A stretch of 59,463 bases of DNA from Patescibacteria group bacterium (GTDB lineage: Bacteria; Patescibacteriota; Minisyncoccia; Moranbacterales; UBA2206), in NCBI GenBank assembly GCA_022711335.1, contig JAKLFF010000005.1, positions 1 to 59,463 on the forward strand, read 5' to 3'. Each line of letters starts with the position of its first letter. Positions within the stretch are counted from its first letter, which is position 1. The notes below the pieces were generated by a model. That model made no database searches. It was given only the letters and a program-made list of their open reading frames with translations, and was not told the origin of the DNA. Shown here piece by piece: positions 49,114-57,472 of this stretch. The position numbers and the translations under genes were made by a program.

Positions 49114-49313
49114 ATAAACAAGTATCCCGAATGGGAGGCGGGGCGGAAACCGACCCCAGAAGCCATTAACGAGGCTGGCTTGACTAGACCTCACCGCTCT
49201 TAAAAGAAAGCCGACAAGGATAATCTGCACGTAGGAGGAAAAAACTAAGGCACACGGAGTCTAATGAACAGAGCTAGGATTCCCCAGGAAAAAGTAAAGG
49301 CTATCTTGTTTAT
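49114..49313. ncRNA. candidate structured RNA (GC-rich non-coding block in an AT-rich island)
   Basis: The closing helix is ATAAACAAG (49114-22)/CTTGTTTAT (49305-13). Inside is a strong hairpin GGGGCGG-AAA-CCGACCCC (49140-57) and several further GC helices. There is no ORF. Confidence 0.3.
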
Positions 49314-49417
49314 CAGGATATTTATATTTCTTCCCGCAGATGTAGGGTTATAGTTTGTTTATCCAAATTTATCTTTTCGAGCTGTATAGCTTTTTATAAA
49401 ATAATCCAATAAAGCAA

Positions 49418-50707
49418 ATGGACATATTGAACCAGTCAATTAAATCACTTAATTTTGCTGATATTATTGCTTTTTGCCAAGAAAAAAATCGTGAAGGAAT
49501 TCAAATTGATTACAAAAAAGAATATCCCCAAAAAGGAATAGCGAAACATTTCGCCTCTTTCTCAAATACCCGAGGAGGGATATTGATTATCGGAGTCGAG
49601 GAAGATAGAAAATCCGGAGTTCCTATTGCTTGGGAGAGCATAGAATGTGATGCAAAAATAATAGAAAAAATAAATCAGGAAGCAAGTAATGTTGAACCTA
49701 TTCCCGCCTTCGACGTTCACATTACCGACGAGATAAATGGAAAGAGATTTGTTTTAGTTCGAGTATATGAAGGAGATAAGACGCCATATTATGTACAAAA
49801 TGATTCCAATGTTTGGGTAAGAACGGGAAATATAAGCAATTCAATCGACATTGCCTCTCCTGATGGATTAGAATTATTGTTTGGAAAAAAAGAAAAGGCA
49901 GAAAAAGCCAGAAATAATTTTTTATCAATAAGCGACGAATTACACGAAGCAGCAATCGGAAAGGAAGAGAAAAGAATCAGGGAGGAACTGAGAAAAGAGG
50001 CAGAAAAAGAAGGAAGCACGACTATTTTTAGATATGAAAAAACAATAGGAGTTTATGACTCCATATGCAAGATAACATTACAGCCATATTTTCCAGGTAA
50101 ATCCCTCACGACCCCAAAGAAAATCAAAGATGACATTGATTCAATCCGTTTTAGAAATCGCAACTTCGTATTTCCGGATTTAAATGTCGAGCCATCGCCA
50201 AAGGGAATACGATATTTTTCTTATCAAAGAAGCAGAGAAATACTTGAATCTCAAGTAGTGTTAGGGCAAGGGCTAATTCAAGATATTTTTACGGCTTCAA
50301 GAAAGAGTCCGGATGAAAAATCTAGAATAATAAGCCTTCGGGCAATTGCCGTTAGAATTTTCGGAATATTCAAATTTGCCGATAGATTCTACGATAAATA
50401 TGGTTATCAAGGCGTGCTCCTTGGAAATATAGAAATAAACGGAGCTACAGATGTGCTTGAAGACGTTTTAGTCAGAAGGATGGTACCAATAGGTTCGGAT
50501 TTTTGGGAGGAGGATAAAACAAAAGAAAGTTTATTGTCCGATTATTTATGGGAAATAAAAATTGATACAAGGATATTGAAAGAAAAAGATGAACTGAGAA
50601 AATATTACGAGGAACTTTTGGAAGAAATTTACTGGGACTTTGGATTTGAAGAAATTGGCGATGGCGTTTTAGATAAATTTTTGGAGGAAAATGGGTTCAC
50701 ATTCTAA
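49418..50707 (+). CDS. AlbA_2 (Schlafen-like putative DNA-binding) domain protein
   Basis: The N-terminus ...FADIIAFCQEKNREGIQIDYKKEYPQ..IAKHFASFSNTRGGILIIGVEED... is the AlbA_2 pattern. I do not recognise the C-terminal ~280 aa. Confidence 0.6.
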   Translation: MDILNQSIKSLNFADIIAFCQEKNREGIQIDYKKEYPQKGIAKHFASFSNTRGGILIIGVEEDRKSGVPIAWESIECDAKIIEKINQEASNVEPIPAFDVHITDEINGKRFVLVRVYEGDKTPYYVQNDSNVWVRTGNISNSIDIASPDGLELLFGKKEKAEKARNNFLSISDELHEAAIGKEEKRIREELRKEAEKEGSTTIFRYEKTIGVYDSICKITLQPYFPGKSLTTPKKIKDDIDSIRFRNRNFVFPDLNVEPSPKGIRYFSYQRSREILESQVVLGQGLIQDIFTASRKSPDEKSRIISLRAIAVRIFGIFKFADRFYDKYGYQGVLLGNIEINGATDVLEDVLVRRMVPIGSDFWEEDKTKESLLSDYLWEIKIDTRILKEKDELRKYYEELLEEIYWDFGFEEIGDGVLDKFLEENGFTF

Positions 50708-50805
50708 TAGCTTATTAAAGCCAGTCTTAGGGAGTATTCCCGGCGGTAGTTTATATTCTTATCCCCCTCCCGCTCATAGGGAATTTATGTTATAATTTGT
50801 TTATA

Positions 50806-51789
50806 ATGTTCTCATCAGAAACTAAAACTAAAGAAATAATTGACAGCCTAGTCCGTCTATCCAGAGAAGTCGAAATTTGTAATGGGGCGGGCTTTTTTGA
50901 TGGTAACAAGTGTGCCGAAGATTTTTTTAAGGGCATTTTGAACCGAGTTTATGATTGTAATCTTATCAATCTTAATTTGGAAAAAAATAATTTTCCTGCA
51001 ATTGACTTAGGTGATAAATCTAAGAAATTAGCAATTCAAGTTACGGCGAGCATAGGAAGAACAAAAATTTCAAATTCTATAACGAAATTTGTAAATCATA
51101 ACCTCTGTGATACTTACAAAAAGCCCATATTTTTAATTATTGGAAAAAAACCAAAATACTCCAAAAATTTCGATACCGACACGAAGGGAAAATTTATTTT
51201 CAATCCGTCCGAAGATATTTTAGATATTACCGATTTGATAAAAATAATTTCATCTTTGCCCATTGAAAAAATCACAGACATCAATAAGTTTATTATTTCT
51301 AATATTACAGAAGTACTATCTGTTGACCCGATTAAAATTAACGAGCAGGATATCAAAAATTTAATTCTAGGCATAAGAGATGTTATAAATGACGATACCT
51401 CGTTTAAACCAAAATATTCCAGTGATATTCCGATGAGATTCCAAGATTATATTGTAGAAAAAAATAAGCTAAATGAAATTGATAAATTGTTTTTCGAACA
51501 GGTGTTCGCCAGAAGCCTGAAATATAGTGATGATATTAAGAATTTTTTATCCGACCCCATAAACGTAGAGATAAAAGAGTGGTATTTTACTATTAGCAGT
51601 GAACTCCAGAATGAGTATGTAAAAAATAGAGAGAAGTTCGATTTGCTGGAATTTATAGATAAAATTTATGATAAGGTCTGCGAGAAATTTAAGGCGGATT
51701 TGTCATATGACAAAAGAAAAATCAAAGTAATGCTTCATTGTATGTATTTTCATTGTGATTTAGGAATAAATCCAGAGAAAAAAACATAA
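50806..51789 (+). CDS. SMEK-like domain protein (putative effector component of an ABC-3C system)
   Basis: ...NKCAEDFFKGILNRVYDCNLINLNLEKNNFPAIDLGDKSKKLAIQVTASIGRTKISNSITKF... matches my memory of the SMEK N-terminal domain. ATG 50806 is preferred over TTG 50797. Confidence 0.55.
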   Translation: MFSSETKTKEIIDSLVRLSREVEICNGAGFFDGNKCAEDFFKGILNRVYDCNLINLNLEKNNFPAIDLGDKSKKLAIQVTASIGRTKISNSITKFVNHNLCDTYKKPIFLIIGKKPKYSKNFDTDTKGKFIFNPSEDILDITDLIKIISSLPIEKITDINKFIISNITEVLSVDPIKINEQDIKNLILGIRDVINDDTSFKPKYSSDIPMRFQDYIVEKNKLNEIDKLFFEQVFARSLKYSDDIKNFLSDPINVEIKEWYFTISSELQNEYVKNREKFDLLEFIDKIYDKVCEKFKADLSYDKRKIKVMLHCMYFHCDLGINPEKKT

Positions 51790-52031
51790 TGATAACACCA
51801 AATAAATATACAAATTTAGACTTATCGGTCTTGAATATCGGGGCTGAAATTGTTAAAGTGCTTCAAAAAAGCAGAATTCTTAAATATGATGACCTACTGA
51901 GTCAGATTTTATTAAAGAAAGGAAGGGGGGCAAAAGAAATTTTTGTCTATTCCTTAAATTTTTTATTTGTCCTGAATATAATTAAATATCATAGTTCTGA
52001 GGATATAATCGAATTTTATGAAACTCGTTAA
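51789..52031 (+). CDS. small helical protein (putative ABC-3C middle component)
   Basis: 80 aa. Its start overlaps the upstream stop (TAATG), and its end overlaps the next ATG by 14 nt. Confidence 0.5.
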   Translation: MITPNKYTNLDLSVLNIGAEIVKVLQKSRILKYDDLLSQILLKKGRGAKEIFVYSLNFLFVLNIIKYHSSEDIIEFYETR

Positions 52032-53778
52032 AATATATTCTAATATCTCTAGTATGAAGCCAGTTATTTTTAATTCTGGCTTAAATATAATATATGGCGA
52101 TGTAAACCAATACGAAGGAGACAGTAACGAGCATAATTTAGGAAAAACTTCGCTTGTCTACCTGATAGACTTCTTATTATTAAAAAAAATAGATAAAAAT
52201 AATATATTCAGGAAAAGAAGAAGTAATTTTTTAGGCTGGGATTTTTATTTGGAAATAGAGCTGGATGATAAATCGTATCTTACGATTAAAAGAAATCTAG
52301 TTAATGATTCTAAAATATCAATTAAACTCCATAAGGAAGGGAATCAGGATTTGTCGTCGGAGATATTTTGGGACTATAAAGATAAATCAATAAGTGCAAA
52401 AAAAGAAGAGGAAAATGCGGTTAAGATTTTAAAAAATATATTAAAATTCGATGTCTTAAACGAATATAATTTGAGGCATTTTCTTTCCTATCTTCTAAGA
52501 ACCCAAAATGATTATACGGATGTTTTTAGATTAAGTACATTTAAAAAAGATAAAAATTGGAAACCACCTCTTCTTTCCCTATTTGGATATAACGGTCAGC
52601 TATTTGAGAAAAAGTATGATTTAGAGCAGGAAATTACAATTCGCAGAGAATTGATTGCAAAAATGAAGTCTGATAATCTCATAGATAAATCAGAAGAGGC
52701 TTTTAAATTGCAAGCCGCCATTAAAGTTAGGGAAGATGAAAAAAAATCAATAGAAAAAAATCTTGAAATGCTAAATTTTTTTACTAGGGATGAACAAATG
52801 ACGGAAAAAATAGTGAAAGAATTTGAGACAAAAATTAGTATTCTAAATTCTGAGGAATACAGTCTAAAATACGAGATTGATAAGATTAAGAAATCATTAG
52901 AAAACAATGTTTCCGTTAAAGTTTCTGATGTTAAAAAGATATATGAAGAGGTGGAGATATTTTTTCCGGATAAGCTTACTAAATCTTATGAGGAATTAGC
53001 CAATTTCAATAAACAAATTTCTGACGAGAGGTCAAAGTACCTTAAAAAAGAGTTGGACAGTCTGGATGATAGACTGATGATTATTAAAAAAGACCTCAAG
53101 GAATATAATGATAAATTATCAGAAGCCCTATCAATAATAAAGGAGAAGGATGCATTCATAAAATTCAGAAAATATCAAAACGAGCTTATAAAAATCGAAA
53201 CAGACATCGCTATATATAAACAAAAAATTGATAGTATTGACACTATAGAAAATTATAGTAATGCAATTAGCGAGATAAGAGAAAAATCTAAAGAAATATC
53301 CTCAATAATTAAGGGAGATTTGGCGGAAGAAAAAAATCCATTACAAGAAATACGTGAGATGTACACTGAGATTTTTAAAAAAACTATGGATGGAACTGCT
53401 ACTTTTGCCATAACTCCAAATAAATATGGCTATTTTGATTTTGAGCCGTTTGTTATAAGTGGCGGTGATTTAACAGGACAAGGAGATGGATACACTGCTA
53501 CAAAAGTTCAATGTGCCGCGTTTGTCATAGCGGCATTAGCTTATTATTCAAAAAATTCTTTTTATAAATTTGCCTATCACGATGGTATTTTTGAAGGCTG
53601 GGGAGATAATCCTAAGATAAATTTTATCAATCTAATTAGGGAATATTGTGATAAATATAAGATTCAGTATATCGCAAGTATGATAAAAAGCGATATCCCT
53701 AAAAACTTTGATTTTGAAAAAGAAGAAATAGTGATTACCTTAGACAAGAGTCAGCCATTATTTGGTATTCGATTTTAA
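52018..53778 (+). CDS. DUF2326-type ABC ATPase with long coiled-coil insert (putative ABC-3C ATPase)
   Basis: The N-terminus is MKLVKIYSN...VIFNSGLNIIYGD...NEHNLGKTSLVYLIDFLL (Walker A-like). It is followed by ~350 aa of coiled coil and a C-terminal head with ...FAYHDGIFEGWGDN... Confidence 0.6.
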   Translation: MKLVKIYSNISSMKPVIFNSGLNIIYGDVNQYEGDSNEHNLGKTSLVYLIDFLLLKKIDKNNIFRKRRSNFLGWDFYLEIELDDKSYLTIKRNLVNDSKISIKLHKEGNQDLSSEIFWDYKDKSISAKKEEENAVKILKNILKFDVLNEYNLRHFLSYLLRTQNDYTDVFRLSTFKKDKNWKPPLLSLFGYNGQLFEKKYDLEQEITIRRELIAKMKSDNLIDKSEEAFKLQAAIKVREDEKKSIEKNLEMLNFFTRDEQMTEKIVKEFETKISILNSEEYSLKYEIDKIKKSLENNVSVKVSDVKKIYEEVEIFFPDKLTKSYEELANFNKQISDERSKYLKKELDSLDDRLMIIKKDLKEYNDKLSEALSIIKEKDAFIKFRKYQNELIKIETDIAIYKQKIDSIDTIENYSNAISEIREKSKEISSIIKGDLAEEKNPLQEIREMYTEIFKKTMDGTATFAITPNKYGYFDFEPFVISGGDLTGQGDGYTATKVQCAAFVIAALAYYSKNSFYKFAYHDGIFEGWGDNPKINFINLIREYCDKYKIQYIASMIKSDIPKNFDFEKEEIVITLDKSQPLFGIRF

Positions 53779-53996
53779 TATTTTGAATATGAAGTTTCAG
53801 GAAGAATTTCTGGCTACACCTCATTTTTTAGACCCCCTCCCCCTATTCGGCGGGTTTGGAATTAGCTTTTTATAAAAAATATAATAGTGGGTAGGGGATA
53901 GCGATTTACTGGTAGTTTTTTCTTAGGTCAGGTATATAAATATATTCATTCTTGTTTTCGAAGATAGTTATGACTTCTTCGACTACTGCGTGCTAA

Positions 53997-54027
53997 TAAA
54001 AAAATGGCTGTTTAAAGCCATTTTTTT
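53997..54027. terminator. bidirectional hairpin terminator at the right edge of the AT-rich island
   Basis: AAAAAAA-ATGGCT-GTTTAA-AGCCAT-TTTTTTT. A similar ATGGCT...AGCCAT hairpin occurs at ~33856-33880. Confidence 0.65.
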
Positions 54028-54063
54028 GATGGGGGAAAAGGAAAGTTAGAACTAATTTATTAG

Positions 54064-54091
54064 TTGACTTTTTTACTAGTAGTGATAGTAT
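54064..54091 (+). promoter_or_regulatory. sigma70-type promoter of the sugar operon
   Basis: TTGACT, 16 nt, TAGTAT. Confidence 0.45.
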
Positions 54092-54173
54092 TTACTGTTC
54101 CTTTAAAATTGAATAAAAAGTTAAAAAATAAGGCTTTCATAAACCGAAACGATATGATTAGGAGGGCAAAAAG

Positions 54174-54944
54174 ATGAAAATGACAGCCATAATTCTTGCT
54201 GGCGGCTTGGCTACCAGAATGGGCGAAATTTGTTGCGAAATTCCAAAATCAATGCTTCAGTTTGCTGGTTGTCCGTTTCTTCAATATCTGGTTAGCTGGC
54301 TAGTGAGGCTTGGATTGAATGAAATTCTGATTTCAACTGGAAAGTTGAGTGACAGAATTGAATTCTTGTTTGCAACTAATTTTTGGAGCTCTAAAGGCGT
54401 GAGGATTGTTAGAGAAGACGAACCTCTTGGAACAGGCGGAGCAACAAAATTTGCTTGCCAGAATTGTTCCAATGAAGATGTTTTTCTCTGCAATGGCGAT
54501 ACGCTTGTGTCCCTAAGCCTTGTCCGTCTTTATGAAATTCACAGAGTCTTAAATGTGCCGATAACATCTGTTCTCACCTTGAGCAAGGAAGTTCCCAATC
54601 AAGGAGCTGTTTCCGTTGAAAACGGAATTGTAGTTGAGTTCCGCGAAGGCGAGGAAGCAAGAGAGCCGATTGACGGAGAAAATTATTTTCGCGGAAGTAG
54701 CACTGGTTGCTACTTCCTGAAACGTTCATCGGTTTTGTCATTGTTTCCTGCTGGAATTTCATCGCTTGAAAGAGAGATTTTGCCGAATTTAGTGTCGGCA
54801 AAAATGATTGGTGCGATTAACAATGGGTTTGGTTTTTTTCTGGATTATGGAATTCCTCAAAGATACGAAATTCTCAAAAACAATCTGTGGATTCTCAAGA
54901 GAATCTACGGCGAACCGATTACAGGAGGTAATAAGAATGAGTAA
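54174..54944 (+). CDS. sugar-phosphate nucleotidyltransferase
   Basis: MTAIILAGGLATRMG...IPKSML is the N-terminal NTP-transferase motif. Confidence 0.75.
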   Translation: MKMTAIILAGGLATRMGEICCEIPKSMLQFAGCPFLQYLVSWLVRLGLNEILISTGKLSDRIEFLFATNFWSSKGVRIVREDEPLGTGGATKFACQNCSNEDVFLCNGDTLVSLSLVRLYEIHRVLNVPITSVLTLSKEVPNQGAVSVENGIVVEFREGEEAREPIDGENYFRGSSTGCYFLKRSSVLSLFPAGISSLEREILPNLVSAKMIGAINNGFGFFLDYGIPQRYEILKNNLWILKRIYGEPITGGNKNE

Positions 54945-56340
54945 GATTAATCTTCGTTCTACATCTGATGGTTGGCGGGGCAAGATAGCAGACTCTTTCA
55001 CGTTTGATTTTGTTGAAAGAGTTGCTATGGCTATCGGTAGTTATACCCTAAAACATGGCGGAACGGAAACATTTGTTGGTTATGACACCCGTTTTCTGGG
55101 TTTTGAATTTGCCAAGCAAGCTGGTCAAGCGTTGAGTCAATTCGGACTCAATGTGTCCATCAGCTCAAGGCCTATTCCTACGCCGATGGTTTCATTCCGA
55201 ACAAACCAAAAGGAAATGGTCTGCGGTATTACCATAACCGCATCTCATAATCCTTATTATTACAACGGCGTTAAAGTTCGCATGGGTTACGGTGGTGCTC
55301 CTGGTGAAGAATTTGTTGTGGAAATTCAGAATTTAATGGATTCCCCCAAAAATAACATTCTTCAAGAGAGACTGGATTTTCAGAATGACGACCCTATTGC
55401 GGACTACTGCCAAAAACTGTGGACGATAATTGATTGGCAGTCATTCAATCGTCGTCCCCTGAAGGTTGCCGTAGATACTATGCATGGAACGACAAGCGGC
55501 GTTTTGAGGAATGTGCTTTCGGGAACTAAAGCTAAAGTTATAGAAATCCACAGTGACATTGACCCGTATTTCGGCGGAATTGCTCCCGAACCAATGGAAA
55601 GCAATACCCAGGAACTTCAAATGCTAATAGCTGGCGGTCAGTGCGACTTAGGGATTGCTCACGACGGAGACGGAGATAGAATTATGGCGGTTATCCCGAG
55701 AGTGGGTTATTTGTCACCACACGATGTGGCAGTGATTCTGCTGTGGTATTTGGCAAAAGCAAGGAAACAAAACGGAATTGTTATAGGCAGCGTGACAATG
55801 AGCAAACGGTTGTCTTTCGTGGCGAATTATCTGGGCCTTGCTTATAAGGAAGTCCCGATTGGATTCAAGAATGCCTGCGAAATAATGAGAAACGAAAAAG
55901 TTCTCATTGCGGGGGAAGAAAATGGCGGAATAGGATTCGGATTTTACCTGCCAGAACGAGATGCCACACTAGCGGCCGCTTTGCTTTCCGAAGCCGAGAT
56001 AAACTACAGCGGAGGAATCAATGCGATTCTTGCGGAAGTGGAAAAAGTGGCGGGAGAGTCTGGTTTTTCCAGACTCAATCTGAAACTTACCACTTCACCG
56101 AAAATTGTCATGGAGAAACTCAAGGAAGAACCACCAGAAAGAATCGCTGGTCAAAAAGTTTCAAGAATAAGCGAGACTGATGGACTAAAGTTCTTCTTTG
56201 TGTCGGGAGACTGGGTTAACATTCGTGCTGCTGGCACCGAAGAACTTTTGCGTGTTTATGTGGAATCTAGCAATAAGCAAAAGGCTTTAGAAATTGTCAA
56301 AGCAGCCGAAGAAATAATTAGAAAGATTGAAAGGAGATGA
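54937..56340 (+). CDS. phosphohexomutase (phosphomannomutase/phosphoglucomutase family)
   Basis: ATG 54937 has AGGAGG 9 nt upstream. The active-site loop is TASHNPYYYNG and the Mg site is AHDGDGDR. Confidence 0.85.
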   Translation: MSKINLRSTSDGWRGKIADSFTFDFVERVAMAIGSYTLKHGGTETFVGYDTRFLGFEFAKQAGQALSQFGLNVSISSRPIPTPMVSFRTNQKEMVCGITITASHNPYYYNGVKVRMGYGGAPGEEFVVEIQNLMDSPKNNILQERLDFQNDDPIADYCQKLWTIIDWQSFNRRPLKVAVDTMHGTTSGVLRNVLSGTKAKVIEIHSDIDPYFGGIAPEPMESNTQELQMLIAGGQCDLGIAHDGDGDRIMAVIPRVGYLSPHDVAVILLWYLAKARKQNGIVIGSVTMSKRLSFVANYLGLAYKEVPIGFKNACEIMRNEKVLIAGEENGGIGFGFYLPERDATLAAALLSEAEINYSGGINAILAEVEKVAGESGFSRLNLKLTTSPKIVMEKLKEEPPERIAGQKVSRISETDGLKFFFVSGDWVNIRAAGTEELLRVYVESSNKQKALEIVKAAEEIIRKIERR

Positions 56341-56343
56341 GAA

Positions 56344-57471
56344 ATGATAAACTGGAATATGACAACTCCGAGAAAGTTGATTTCGGGCAGGAGCAGTGTT
56401 TCCTTCTTGCCCGAACTATTGAAAGAACTGAACCTCAAGACACCCTTTGTGGTAATTGACCCGAAAGTCAAAAAAGCAAATTTCATAAAGCAACTTTCTG
56501 ATTTTTGCGAAAATTCGTTTGACGATTTTGGGACGAACCCGACCTTTGCTCAAGTAAGTGATGGAGTTCTTCTCTTCCGTGAAGGTGAGTATGATTCTAT
56601 CATTGCGGTCGGAGGTGGAAGTGCCATTGATTTGGCTAAAGTTGTTGGTTTGACTGCTGCAAACGGAGGAGTGGCCGAAGATTATTTTCAAGGCAAAAAG
56701 GCGGAAATTCAGCCAGTGCCCGTCGTAGCTGTTCCTACGACCTGTGGAACAGGGGCGGAAAGCAGCCCGTTTGCTGTTATCATGAGTCCTGATGTTCCCA
56801 AAAAGCGGGGCATAGAAAGTAGCTTTCTTATGCCCACTGCGGTAATTCTTGACCCCGAGTCGCTAGTATCTCTTGACAGGGTCATGATTGCTGCAACAGG
56901 AATGGACGCCTTTACCCATATTCTGGAATCGCATATTTCCAGAAAGGCGACGGCTCTGACTCGGATTGTGAGCAAAGGACTTCTTTGCTCCGTTCGTGAA
57001 TCATTGGAAAAGGCCGTAAAGGACAAAGATATTTCTGCACTGGAAACATTGCAGTCCATTGCCTTTACAGCACGATTGCTTTATCCGAGAACTGGGTTGA
57101 GCATAGCCCATGCCCTTTCACACCCTCTGGGTGCGTTTACTGGCATGCATCATGGCTTGGCAGTTGCAATGTTCCTTGAGGCTTCAATGAAATTCAACTT
57201 GCCGAGTTGCACGGATTCTTTCCAAGAGGCGGAAAAAGTTATGGGGTTTTCCTGCGGTGGCGGATTACTGTCATGGGTTCGCTCAATCATTGAAGAATCT
57301 GGGATGATGGCGGAAATCTCTGACTACCTTGCTTCGTTTCACAGTCTGTCCATTGAAAGAATCGCTTCGGAGGCACTGGAGAGCAGCAACATTCCTTCCA
57401 ACCCGAGAAAAATTGGGTTGACGGAAACTTGCGAAATTATAAACGAATCACTGGCAGATTTTGGGAGGTGA
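56344..57471 (+). CDS. iron-containing (group III) alcohol dehydrogenase family protein
   Basis: ...IIAVGGGSAIDLAKV... is followed by a His-rich metal site (FTHILESH...HALSHPLG...HHG). Confidence 0.7.
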   Translation: MINWNMTTPRKLISGRSSVSFLPELLKELNLKTPFVVIDPKVKKANFIKQLSDFCENSFDDFGTNPTFAQVSDGVLLFREGEYDSIIAVGGGSAIDLAKVVGLTAANGGVAEDYFQGKKAEIQPVPVVAVPTTCGTGAESSPFAVIMSPDVPKKRGIESSFLMPTAVILDPESLVSLDRVMIAATGMDAFTHILESHISRKATALTRIVSKGLLCSVRESLEKAVKDKDISALETLQSIAFTARLLYPRTGLSIAHALSHPLGAFTGMHHGLAVAMFLEASMKFNLPSCTDSFQEAEKVMGFSCGGGLLSWVRSIIEESGMMAEISDYLASFHSLSIERIASEALESSNIPSNPRKIGLTETCEIINESLADFGR

Positions 57472-57472
57472 C

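Larger units (their letters stand above)
44681..54030. mobile_element. putative integrated element / genomic island adjacent to tRNA-Trp (right boundary approximate)
   Basis: A serine recombinase abuts the tRNA. The region is visibly more AT-rich than the backbone, judged by eye on several 60-nt lines. The cargo has no housekeeping function, and the backbone repeat families are absent. Confidence 0.55.

Noticed and set aside
50788-50796. TGTTATAAT as the promoter of the three-gene operon
   Set aside because: It would lie only ~10 nt upstream of ATG 50806, giving a nearly leaderless transcript. That is possible, but I cannot support it from sequence alone.
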